Shown: positions 25,800 to 34,205 of the stretch, one piece after another
How positions within the stretch are numbered: position 1 is the first letter of the stretch
Layout: the number at the start of each line of letters is the position of its first letter
Source of the DNA: an uncultured Solirubrobacterales bacterium
Lineage (GTDB): Bacteria; Actinomycetota; Thermoleophilia; Solirubrobacterales; 70-9
DNA length: 64,000 nucleotides
Assembly: GCA_963780395.1 (NCBI GenBank)
Contig: CAWABY010000017.1
Span: 120,625-184,624, forward strand
Direction of reading: 5' to 3'
Position numbers and translations under genes: made by a program
The notes under the pieces: model-generated
What the model was told of the DNA's origin: nothing
Seen by the model: only the letters and a program-made list of their open reading frames with translations
Databases searched by the model: none

Positions 25800-26458
25800 G
25801 CGGCGCATCGGGTACGCCGGGCGTCGGCGAGATCGCCCACGTCAACCCAGAGGAAGCCGGGGGCAACGTCTACGACAAGTACTCCTCGTCGAACCCCATC
25901 GAGCGCTATCTCGTCAACGGCTTCCTGCGGCAGTTCGGCTCCATGGTCGAGCTCAGTGGCGCCTCCGACGCCCACGAGGTCGGCTGCGGCGAGGGAGAGC
26001 TGTCGAGGCTGATGGCGCGCGAGGGCCTCCGGGTCAGGGGCAGCGACCCCTTCCAGGACGTGATCGCCGAGGCGCGCGCCCGCGCGGCCGCCGAGGGGCT
26101 GGAGATCGAGTTCGAGGCGAAGCCGGTGCAGGCGCTCGATCCCGCCCGCGATTCGGCCGAGCTGGTCGTCTGCTGCGAGGTGCTCGAGCACCTCGAGGAC
26201 CCGGAGGCTGCGCTTGCGACGCTGGCGAGCCTGGCGCGGCCCTGGCTGATCGCGAGCGTCCCGCGCGAGCCCCTCTGGCGAGCCCTGAACACGGCGAGGG
26301 GCAAGTACCTGGGCCAGCGCGGCAACACCCCCGGCCACCTCAACCACTGGTCCAAGGCCGCCTTCACCCGCTTCCTGGAGACTCGCTTCGAGGTGGAGAT
26401 GCTGCGCAGCCCGACGCCGTGGACGATGGCGCTCTGCCGCGCAAAGGGGCAGGAGTGA
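25796..26458 (+). CDS. Class I SAM-dependent methyltransferase
   Basis: ORF 25796-26458. Motif I VGCGEGELS and post-I/II VVCCEVLEHLEDP. Its start overlaps the GT2 stop. Confidence 0.85.
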   Translation: MSGASGTPGVGEIAHVNPEEAGGNVYDKYSSSNPIERYLVNGFLRQFGSMVELSGASDAHEVGCGEGELSRLMAREGLRVRGSDPFQDVIAEARARAAAEGLEIEFEAKPVQALDPARDSAELVVCCEVLEHLEDPEAALATLASLARPWLIASVPREPLWRALNTARGKYLGQRGNTPGHLNHWSKAAFTRFLETRFEVEMLRSPTPWTMALCRAKGQE

Positions 26459-28215
26459 AGGCGATCCGCTCGGGCTGGGCGGCGATCCGGGCGCGGCCGG
26501 GCGCGGCCGCGATCGTCTGCCTGGGCTTCGCCTGGGCGCTGACGATGCACTCGATGGGCTGGGCGCAGCTCGCCCACTACGCCCAGGTCCGCGCCTTCGC
26601 CGAAGGGCAGGCCGAGATCGACCCCTGGCACTGGGAGACCAACGACAAGGCCTGGATCGAGGGTCACTTCTATTCGGTCAAGTCGCCGGGGACGGCGGCC
26701 CTGACGACGCCGCTGTACATGGCGATCGAGGGCGTCGGCGGCCTCGATACCGCGCGCGACGCGGCGCTGAACGCGCGCGACACCGAGTGGCCGCGCTGGT
26801 CGCCCGAGGAGAGCCCGGCGATCGAGAACTACGGCTATGACCCGCAGCGCGGCCGCGTCATGGAGGAGCGCCTCGAGGCGGGGACGCCGGTCGCCTGGGT
26901 GCTGACGCTGCTGGCGGCCGTCATCCCCGCGGTGCTGTTGCTGTTCGGCGTGCGCTGGGTCGGAGACCGGGTCGAGCCCGGCTACGGGACGGCCGCCGCG
27001 ATCACGCTCGGCATCGCATCGATGCTGATGGTGTTCGCCGCCGAGTACTTCTCCCACGTGGCCGCGGCGGCGCTGGGCTTCGCTGCCTTCCTGGTGCTGA
27101 TGCGGGAGCGCGACGGGGAGCCGAGTTGGAGGGCGGTGGGCATCGCAGGGGGGCTCGCCGGGCTGGCGATCAGCTTCGAGTACCAGGTGGGGCTGGTCGG
27201 CGTGGTGCTGTTCTTCTACGCGCTGGCGAGGTCGGCGCCGAGGCTGCCCCGCGCCGCCGTCTATGCCGCGGGGGGCCTGGTGGGGGTGATCCCCGCGCTC
27301 GCCTTCAACGTCTGGGCGCTGGGCTCGCCGTTCGAGTTCGCCTACGGCGCCGCCGTTGACACCCCCGGCTTCAGCGGCCACGACACGCTGGGCCTGAACA
27401 GCGACGGCTTCTTCGGGATCACCGCGCCGCGCCTGGACGCGGTGGTGGACCTGCTGGTCGCCAACCGCGGCCTGCTGGTGCTGACGCCGGTGATCGTCGC
27501 GGCGCTGGCCGGCGTGGTGCTGCTGCGCCGCGGCCGGCACCGCACCGAGGCCAACGTGATCATCGCCGTCGCCGCCGTCTACTTCGTCTACAACGCCGGC
27601 TACTGGCTGACGTTCGGCGGCGGCACGCCCGGCCCCCGCTTCCTGATCCCCGCGCTGCCCTTCGTGGCGGTCGGCCTGGCCCCGGCCTATCGGCGGTTTC
27701 CCGGCGTCACGCTCGCGCTCGCGATCCCCTCGGCGGTGTTCATGGTCGTCGCGGCCCTCACCTTCCCGCTGCTGGGCGAGAACGGCCCCGGCACCTGGCT
27801 CGAGTTCCTCTGGGACGGGCGCTTCGAGCACACGGTGCTCACTGTGGCCGGCGTCTCCAACGCCTGGCTCGCCCTGCTCCCCGTCGTTGCGGCGCTGATC
27901 GCCGCGATCGCGCTCGCGGTCAGGGCGACCCCGGCGACCCCCGTCGGCGACCTCCGCCTCGCGGTGGTGGCCGTGCTGGCCTGGATCCCGATCGCCGTCC
28001 TCGGTCCCGGCATCGCCGGCGACAAGGTCACCCCGCTCGACGGCGATCCGAACCTGATCTACCTGGTGGCCGCCGGGGCGGCCGCCTCGCTGCTGGCGCT
28101 GGCTGTGCTGAGCCGGCGCCGCCCCCGTCGTCAGCCGGGCGAGCCAGGGGAGGCCGAGGACGAATCGCCGGCCTCCCCCTCGGCGCCCGAGCCGGCGCTG
28201 GGCTCCAGCTCGTAG
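26455..28215 (+). CDS. Large polytopic membrane protein, GT-C-like (PMT_2/ArnT-like putative glycosyltransferase)
   Basis: ORF 26419-28215. GTG 26455 overlaps the methyltransferase stop (GTGA). It has more than 10 hydrophobic segments and an N-terminal loop, FAEGQAEIDPWHWETNDKAWIEGHFYSVKSPG, of the type seen in GT-C enzymes. The family assignment is by resemblance only. Confidence 0.6.
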   Translation: MKAIRSGWAAIRARPGAAAIVCLGFAWALTMHSMGWAQLAHYAQVRAFAEGQAEIDPWHWETNDKAWIEGHFYSVKSPGTAALTTPLYMAIEGVGGLDTARDAALNARDTEWPRWSPEESPAIENYGYDPQRGRVMEERLEAGTPVAWVLTLLAAVIPAVLLLFGVRWVGDRVEPGYGTAAAITLGIASMLMVFAAEYFSHVAAAALGFAAFLVLMRERDGEPSWRAVGIAGGLAGLAISFEYQVGLVGVVLFFYALARSAPRLPRAAVYAAGGLVGVIPALAFNVWALGSPFEFAYGAAVDTPGFSGHDTLGLNSDGFFGITAPRLDAVVDLLVANRGLLVLTPVIVAALAGVVLLRRGRHRTEANVIIAVAAVYFVYNAGYWLTFGGGTPGPRFLIPALPFVAVGLAPAYRRFPGVTLALAIPSAVFMVVAALTFPLLGENGPGTWLEFLWDGRFEHTVLTVAGVSNAWLALLPVVAALIAAIALAVRATPATPVGDLRLAVVAVLAWIPIAVLGPGIAGDKVTPLDGDPNLIYLVAAGAAASLLALAVLSRRRPRRQPGEPGEAEDESPASPSAPEPALGSSS

Positions 28216-29948
28216 ATCACCAGCGGGCCGCGCCTGCTGACCTTCAGGCCCAGCCCCTTCACCGGCTTGTACTCGGCGCCGTACTGGGGCCAGACGATCG
28301 AACGGTCGGTGTGGAGGACGACGCTGCGCACGCCGTACTCGCGCAGGCGGGCGACGGTGGCGGCGTCCGGGAAGTCGCGCATCTCGAGGATCAGCTGCTC
28401 GATCGAGTCGGGGCGGGTGCTGGCGCGCCCGTTGACGATCAGCGGGAAGCCGTCGGTGGACCAGAACAGATAGCGGCGGTTGTCCTCTCCCCCCTCGGCG
28501 GGCAGGTGAAGCTGGGGGGCCGGGACGTCGGCGACCGAGGGCGGCTCGGCGTCGAGCGCAGGCTGATCCTGCTGGTCGGTGGGGTCGAACGGGAGCCCGC
28601 GCCCCTCGATCACGATCGCCAGCGCGAGCACGCCGGCGAGCCCGACGGCCACCGCGCGCGAGGCGGTAGCGGACGCCGGGGGAGTGCGGCGGGCGAGCCG
28701 CCGCCGGGCCGCGCGCACGGTCGACTCCGCGCCCGCGCCCGCCAGCAGCGCCAGGGCCAGGGTCGAGAAGGTCGCGAGGCGCCCCGGCGTCCTGATCGCC
28801 TCCCAGCCCGGCAGCAGGTCGTAGACGACGCGGTAGGGCCAGAGCCAGCCCCCCTCCTCCTGGAACCCCAGCTCCAGCACCGCCAGCCCGAGGACTCCCA
28901 CCCCCAGCCCGATTCGCAGTCGCCGCGGCAGGCTGGACGAGCGCAGGCCGACGATCGCCAGAACCAGGATCAGAAGGCCCGGGAACAGGGTCTTCTCGAC
29001 CGGGTTGTTGACCTCGTCGAAGAGGCCCTGGGTGACGTCGCCCCAGACCCAGTTCTCCTCCGAGCTGAGCAGGAAGACCGAGAGCGGGCCCGAGAACTCC
29101 TCGACCGTAGAGGGGGGCCGCGTCGCCTCGGGATAGGCGTCGGCGACGCGGAAGTAGGGCAGCGAGATCAGGCCCACGATGGCGACGAAGATCGCGGCCC
29201 CGGTGAGCCCCGCGATCAGCATGCGGCGATCGAGCGCGGGTCTCCCGCGCCGCCACCAGACGATGGCGCCGATCGCCGCCAGCAGGGCGAGCAGATAGGT
29301 GAAGGGCAGCCCGACCGCGAACCCGATCGAGACCTGCCACGCCGCGACCAGCGCCGCGGCGATCAGCAGCCAGGGGCGCTGGAGGCGCAGTGCGCGGACC
29401 CCCAGGGCGAGCGTCAACGGGATGCCCCCCGAGGAGACCACCTGCATGTGGCCGTCCTGCTCGAGCCGGAACGGGGCGTATGCGAAGGCGGCCCCGGCCA
29501 CGATCGCGCCGCCCGGCCCAAGCCCCAGCTCCCTGCCGAGCCAGTAGCCGCCGAAGAAGCAGAGGGCGTAGGCGAACAGGAACAGGAGGTCGTAGCGGAC
29601 GACGGCGGCGTGCGGTCCCTCGCCGATCAGGCCGGCGGGCGCGTAGCCGATCAGCGCGTCGCCGAAGGCGAGGGAATCCGGCTCGGGCCAGAACTGGTTC
29701 GACCGGAAGAACTCGAAGGGCTGCTCGGTGAGGGCGTGCCCGCCCCAGGCGACCTGCCAGGACTGCGGCAGGGGGTCGCCGAGGTCCGCGGGGATCGTCT
29801 CGCCGAGGTGAAGCGGCAGCGGCCAGTGCATGACCACCGCCAGCAGCGCCGCACCGAGAGCGGCGAGCAGCAGCTCGCGGAACGTGACCTCGCGACGGTC
29901 GGGCAGCATGAGGCGCGCGAGGCTACCGGCCCCGCTCCGCTCCGCCAT
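28131..29948 (-). CDS. Large polytopic membrane protein (second GT-C-like/YfhO-like putative glycosyltransferase) with extracytoplasmic C-terminal domain
   Basis: ATG 29948 (MAERSGAGSLARLMLPDRR...) lies within ORF 28131-30341. The part of that ORF upstream of 29948 overlaps pyrE in another frame. It has multiple TM segments and then a soluble tail. No specific domain is certain. Confidence 0.55.
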   Translation of the reverse strand: MAERSGAGSLARLMLPDRREVTFRELLLAALGAALLAVVMHWPLPLHLGETIPADLGDPLPQSWQVAWGGHALTEQPFEFFRSNQFWPEPDSLAFGDALIGYAPAGLIGEGPHAAVVRYDLLFLFAYALCFFGGYWLGRELGLGPGGAIVAGAAFAYAPFRLEQDGHMQVVSSGGIPLTLALGVRALRLQRPWLLIAAALVAAWQVSIGFAVGLPFTYLLALLAAIGAIVWWRRGRPALDRRMLIAGLTGAAIFVAIVGLISLPYFRVADAYPEATRPPSTVEEFSGPLSVFLLSSEENWVWGDVTQGLFDEVNNPVEKTLFPGLLILVLAIVGLRSSSLPRRLRIGLGVGVLGLAVLELGFQEEGGWLWPYRVVYDLLPGWEAIRTPGRLATFSTLALALLAGAGAESTVRAARRRLARRTPPASATASRAVAVGLAGVLALAIVIEGRGLPFDPTDQQDQPALDAEPPSVADVPAPQLHLPAEGGEDNRRYLFWSTDGFPLIVNGRASTRPDSIEQLILEMRDFPDAATVARLREYGVRSVVLHTDRSIVWPQYGAEYKPVKGLGLKVSRRGPLVIYELEPSAGSGAEGEAGDSSSASPGSPG

Positions 29949-29952
29949 CAGC

Positions 29953-30522
29953 TCAGGCGCGGTCCGGGCGCTCGGGGTAGAGCTCGTCGATCGTGACCAG
30001 AGCCCGGTAGGGCTTGCCGCCGGCCCGCTCGATCGCCTCGGCGCCGCCGGCAAGGCGGTCGACGACCGAGACGACGCCGGCCACCTCCAACCCCTCTTCG
30101 CCGATGCGCTCGATCGCCTGGATCGTGGACCCACCGGTGGTGACCACGTCCTCGACCACCAGGCAGGGCGTCCCCGCCTCCAGCAGCGGGCCCTCGATCC
30201 AGCGCTGCAAGCCGTGCTGCTTGCGGTCCTTGCGAACGAAGAAGGCGACCAGCTCGTCGGCTCCGGGTGCGCCGATCGCCGCGCAGGCGATCGGATCCGC
30301 CCCGATCGACATGCCGCCCACGGCGGTGGCACCGCGCTCATCCGCCTCGGCGGCGACCAGCGCTCCCACCGCGCGGTGGGCGGCCGGCCGCAGCAGCGCT
30401 CGTTTGGCGTCGACGTAGTACTGGGCCGTCTGGCCCGAGGCGAGCGTCACCTCGCCGATCACCAGTGCGTGCTCTCGCAGCTCGGAGAGCAGCAGCTCGC
30501 GGGCGTCGTCCAACTCGGTCAT
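29953..30522 (-). CDS. pyrE: Orotate phosphoribosyltransferase
   Basis: ORF 29953-30522. PRPP-binding motif CLVVEDVVTTGGS and SGQTAQYYVD. Confidence 0.9.
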   Translation of the reverse strand: MTELDDARELLLSELREHALVIGEVTLASGQTAQYYVDAKRALLRPAAHRAVGALVAAEADERGATAVGGMSIGADPIACAAIGAPGADELVAFFVRKDRKQHGLQRWIEGPLLEAGTPCLVVEDVVTTGGSTIQAIERIGEEGLEVAGVVSVVDRLAGGAEAIERAGGKPYRALVTIDELYPERPDRA

Positions 30523-30577
30523 CGAGCGGCATCGTAAGCGCGTGGACGGGGCGGCGACCCGCCGCTAGTGTTGCCGC

Positions 30578-31030
30578 GTGGTCGGGATGAGGGACTTCTT
30601 CGACGCCTTCAAGGGTGGCCTCTCCGGCGGCGAGACGGCTGCAGGCACCTGGCGCTACCTCGAGAAGTACGGCCGCTTCAGCGGTATGGGCGCGGCCGAG
30701 GCCGAGCTGGAGCTGCCGAAGGGCAAGGCGCTGATCTCGAACGAGGAGATCCGCGAGGTCGAGGGCTTCGAAGTCGAGTTGACCGGGCCGGATGGCGGGC
30801 CGGTGGCGCTGAAGCGGTTCGAGGACAGCGACGACATCAGCGATATGGGAATGCACAACCTCTTCCGCGTGGCCGAGGCCGACGTCAAGCTCCCGGGCCT
30901 CCACCACCTGCGGGTGAAGGGCACCGACCTCGGTCAGGAGCTGGTGATCCTGGTGGGCAAGAACCTGAGCGCCAGGGAAGCGATGCTCGGCACCTTCGGC
31001 GGCGCGGACGACCCGTTCAAGCGGCGCTAG
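30578..31030 (+). CDS. Hypothetical protein (150 aa)
   Basis: ORF 30578-31030 has protein-like composition (MRDFFDAFKGGLSGG...LHHLRVKGTDLGQELVILVG). No domain recognised. Its stop shares the CTAG tetranucleotide with the convergent ldt gene. Confidence 0.5.
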   Translation: MVGMRDFFDAFKGGLSGGETAAGTWRYLEKYGRFSGMGAAEAELELPKGKALISNEEIREVEGFEVELTGPDGGPVALKRFEDSDDISDMGMHNLFRVAEADVKLPGLHHLRVKGTDLGQELVILVGKNLSAREAMLGTFGGADDPFKRR

Positions 31031-31963
31031 CCGTAGACGTAGATGGGCATCCCGATCTGGACCCAGTTGTAGATGAAGCGACTGAACGGGATCGGGTTGC
31101 GGACGCAACCGTGGCGAGGCCGGGTAGTTCGGGACCGGGTTGTAGCCGTGGGTGGCGTAGCCGCGGATGAAGTAGACGGAGAAGTACATGCGCTTGGCGT
31201 TGTAGCCGGCCTGCTTCATGTAGAAGCGGAACTTGCCGCGCACCGTCGGGGTCGCGGAGGTGCCGGTGGAGACGTGGAAGGTGTGGACCGGGGTGTCGCC
31301 CTGGATCAGCGACATCACCTGGCGCGAGATGTCGACCTCGACGTGGCGGCCCTCTTTGTGACGGGGCTCGAAGCCGCCCTTGCCCATCAGCAGCTCGCGG
31401 AAGATCGGGCGGCGGTAGGCCTCGCTGCGCCCCATGCGGTTGGTCTTGCGGAAGGCCTTGATCGCGAGCCGGGTGCCCTGGGTGACGCGGGCGCCCTTGG
31501 TGCCGGTGTGGAAGCCCTGGGCCTGCAGCGAGCGGTTGAACAGCCGCGCGATCGGTCCCTTGCTGAGGTGCTTGGGGACGTCGACTTTGAAGGCGGCGGT
31601 GGCGCGCTTGCCGGCGTTCTCGGCCTCGATCCGATAGCGGCAGCAGGCGATGACCTCGAGCGGCATCTCGAAGGAGCCGTCGGCCTTGGGGCTGAGCTTC
31701 TTCGAGAACAGCTCGCGGCCGCTGGCCCTGACGGTGAGCTGCACGTTGTCGGTGGGGACCGGAGCGGTGAGCTGGCCCCGCACGGTCACCTTCTTCAGCA
31801 GGTCCACGCGGCCCGGCTTGCCCCTCACCTCGACGCTGATGCCCGCCGCGGCGGCGCCGGCGTCGGGCTTCTTCGCCGCCTGCGCCACGCCGGCGGGCAG
31901 CGCCAGAACCAGCGTGGCAGCGCATGCGAGCAGCGTCATACGTGTCCTGCCACGGGGGATCAC
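31027..31963 (-). CDS. L,D-transpeptidase (YkuD domain) with N-terminal signal peptide; +1 frame break at the catalytic motif (~31114) as sequenced
   Basis: The 5' part of ORF 30338-31963 reads MTLLACAATLVLALPAGVAQA...VDISRQVMSLIQGDTPVHTFHVSTGT...YATHGYNPVPNYPAS. My own translation of the next frame gives HGCVRNPIPFSRFIYNWVQIGMPIYVYG*. The SHGCVR catalytic motif is split by one extra base. Confidence 0.8.
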
Positions 31964-32027
31964 AGAGGCGGCATTGTGGCAGATGAACAGGCTCCTACAG
32001 GCCGGTGAAACGGGCTTAACGCGGCGC

Positions 32028-32741
32028 TTACGAGGAGATGATCGCCAGCGCCAGCGCGTTGTTGAGGACGTGCGCGATCACCGGCGGCCACAGCGATCCC
32101 GTCTTGTCATAGAGCCAGGCCAGGACCGCCCCCAGGACCGCCAGGGGCACGACCGTGGTGATCCCCGTGGGGGCGTGCACGAGGCCGAACACGAGGCCGG
32201 AGATCAGCGCCGCCGGCAACATCGTCATCCGCGAGCGCAGCCCCGAGAAGACGAAGCCCCGGAAGAACAGCTCCTCGGCGATCGGCGCCAGCCCCGCGAT
32301 CAGCACGACAGCGGTGATCGCCACGAGCAGGTTCTCGTCGCCGACCCCGAGGTCGCTGCTGATGTCCTCCTGCTCGGGCTGCAGCACCAGCTGGGAGAAG
32401 AGCCCGGCGAACAGGTAGTAGACGAACAGCGCCAGCAGCATCCAGCCGAGGCCGGAGGGGGCGAAGCGGCGCAGCCCGAGGCGCTGCCAGGCGGCGCCGA
32501 CCCCGCCGCGGCTCCAGCCCGACGCGATCGCAACCGGGACCCCCAGCAGGCAGAGCCCGAACACCGCCTGCGCCGCCAGCAGCGCGGCGTCGCTGTCCAG
32601 GTCGGGGTCGAAGGGGAGGACCAAGATCGGCGCGATCAGGGCCAGGATCAGCCCCGCGACCAGGCCCCAGATCGTGTCCTTGAGGCTCCATGTGATGTCC
32701 GGGAGCCGTCCCCGGATCCCCGCCCGCTCGGGTGGGTTCAT
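32028..32741 (-). CDS. CPBP family intramembrane glutamic endopeptidase (CAAX protease-like)
   Basis: ORF 32028-32741. EELFFRGFVF and HVLNNALA motifs in a polytopic protein. Confidence 0.85.
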   Translation of the reverse strand: MNPPERAGIRGRLPDITWSLKDTIWGLVAGLILALIAPILVLPFDPDLDSDAALLAAQAVFGLCLLGVPVAIASGWSRGGVGAAWQRLGLRRFAPSGLGWMLLALFVYYLFAGLFSQLVLQPEQEDISSDLGVGDENLLVAITAVVLIAGLAPIAEELFFRGFVFSGLRSRMTMLPAALISGLVFGLVHAPTGITTVVPLAVLGAVLAWLYDKTGSLWPPVIAHVLNNALALAIISS

Positions 32742-32751
32742 TTATGCCCGC

Positions 32752-33381
32752 TCATAGATGGTCCACGATCTGGCGGAGCGAGGATATGTCCCCGGCGCCG
32801 TCCTCGCGGTCGAGCAGCAGCGCCCGGATGCCGGCCGCCCTCGCTCCCTCGCAGTCCTCCTCGCGGGTGTCGCCGACGTGCAGCGCCTCGGCGGGCTCGC
32901 ACCCGGCCAGCTCCAGCGCGGCGGCGAAGATCTGCGGCTCGGGCTTGCGGGACCCCGCCTCGGCCGAGGAGAGGGCGCCGTCCAGCAGCGGGGCGATGCC
33001 GCAGTTCTCGAGCACGCTGGACAGCGAGATGTCCCAGTTGGAGACCACGATCAGCTTCAGCTGCCTGGCGCGCAGCGCTTGCAGGGCCGGCTCGGCGTCG
33101 GCGTAGGGGTAGAAGCGGACCGAGTCGACCAGCTCCTGGGCGCTGATCGGGGCGCCCAGCTCGCGCGAGATCAGCTCGGCGCAGCGCTCGCGCAGGTCGG
33201 CCAGCGAGTCGGGGTCTCGTCCCTCGTGGGCGTGCTCGCGGTAGTAGGCCATCTCCGACTTGACGGCGGCGACCAGGCGCTCGTCGCTGATCTCGTCGGG
33301 AACGCTCCCGCGCAGGCCCTCCCAGGGCGGCTCCAGCTCGACCAGGGTCCCGAGTGCATCAAGAAATACAGCGCGGGTCAT
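32752..33381 (-). CDS. HAD superfamily hydrolase (subfamily IA)
   Basis: ATG 33381 lies within ORF 32752-34140. VFLDALGTLV (motif I), VVSNWD (motif II), and KPEPQIF...HVGDTREEDCEGA (motifs III/IV). Confidence 0.85.
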   Translation of the reverse strand: MTRAVFLDALGTLVELEPPWEGLRGSVPDEISDERLVAAVKSEMAYYREHAHEGRDPDSLADLRERCAELISRELGAPISAQELVDSVRFYPYADAEPALQALRARQLKLIVVSNWDISLSSVLENCGIAPLLDGALSSAEAGSRKPEPQIFAAALELAGCEPAEALHVGDTREEDCEGARAAGIRALLLDREDGAGDISSLRQIVDHL

Positions 33382-33405
33382 CTGGGTGGGAATACTCCCA
33401 TCGCG

Positions 33406-34179
33406 GTGGACGAAAGCTTCTGGGACAGCCACGGAAACGAGATCGAGGCCGCGATCATCCTGATCTCGGCGGTCGTCCTCGCCCTGCTCGTGGACCGCTT
33501 CCTGCTGGGCAGGGCCGACCGCGCGACCGAAGCGATGGAGACCTCGCAGTTCTCGCGCGAGGCGCGCACGCGGCTGCGCCTTGCGCGGCGTCTCGTCTTC
33601 GTCGCCATCATCGTCATCGGCGTGGCGCTGGCGCTGGCGCAGTTCACCGAGATCCGCCGGCTGGCAACCGCGCTTCTGGCGTCGACTGCGCTGCTGGGCC
33701 TGATCATCGGCTTCGCCGCCCAGGCCGTGATCGCCAACTTCGTCGCCGGGGTGCTGATGGCGATTCGCCAGCCGATCCGGATGGGGGACCTGATCAGCCT
33801 CGGTGAGGACGTCCACGGCCGCGTCGCCGACATCGCGCTCACCTACACCTCGGTCGACCGCGGCGACGGCTCGCTGCTGGTGATCCCGAACGCGAAGGTG
33901 ATCAACGAGGTGGTCCGCAACCACTCCTCGGGCAACAGCCGAGCGCCCGTCACCGCCGAGCTCTGGCTGCCCCCGGACGCGGACCTGGACGCTGCCCGCA
34001 AGGCGCTCGAGGGCAGCGAGGTGACCGGCCTGCGCCTGGAGGAGCTGACCGCCGAGGGCGCCAGGATCGAGGTCAAGGCGACGGTCGAGCCCGGACGCGA
34101 CCGCGAGGCCCGCGAGGCCGACGTCCGCGAGCGGGCGCACCAGGCCTTTCGCGAGGCCGGGCTCTTGCGCCCGGCTTAA
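33406..34179 (+). CDS. Small-conductance mechanosensitive channel (MscS family)
   Basis: GTG 33406 lies within ORF 32758-34179. The pore helix and beta domain read LLGLIIGFAAQAVIANFVAGVLMAIRQPIRMGDLI...GRVADIALTYT. Confidence 0.85.
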   Translation: MDESFWDSHGNEIEAAIILISAVVLALLVDRFLLGRADRATEAMETSQFSREARTRLRLARRLVFVAIIVIGVALALAQFTEIRRLATALLASTALLGLIIGFAAQAVIANFVAGVLMAIRQPIRMGDLISLGEDVHGRVADIALTYTSVDRGDGSLLVIPNAKVINEVVRNHSSGNSRAPVTAELWLPPDADLDAARKALEGSEVTGLRLEELTAEGARIEVKATVEPGRDREAREADVRERAHQAFREAGLLRPA

Positions 34180-34205
34180 CCCCGCCCTCTACCCTGTCTG
34201 CCTCT

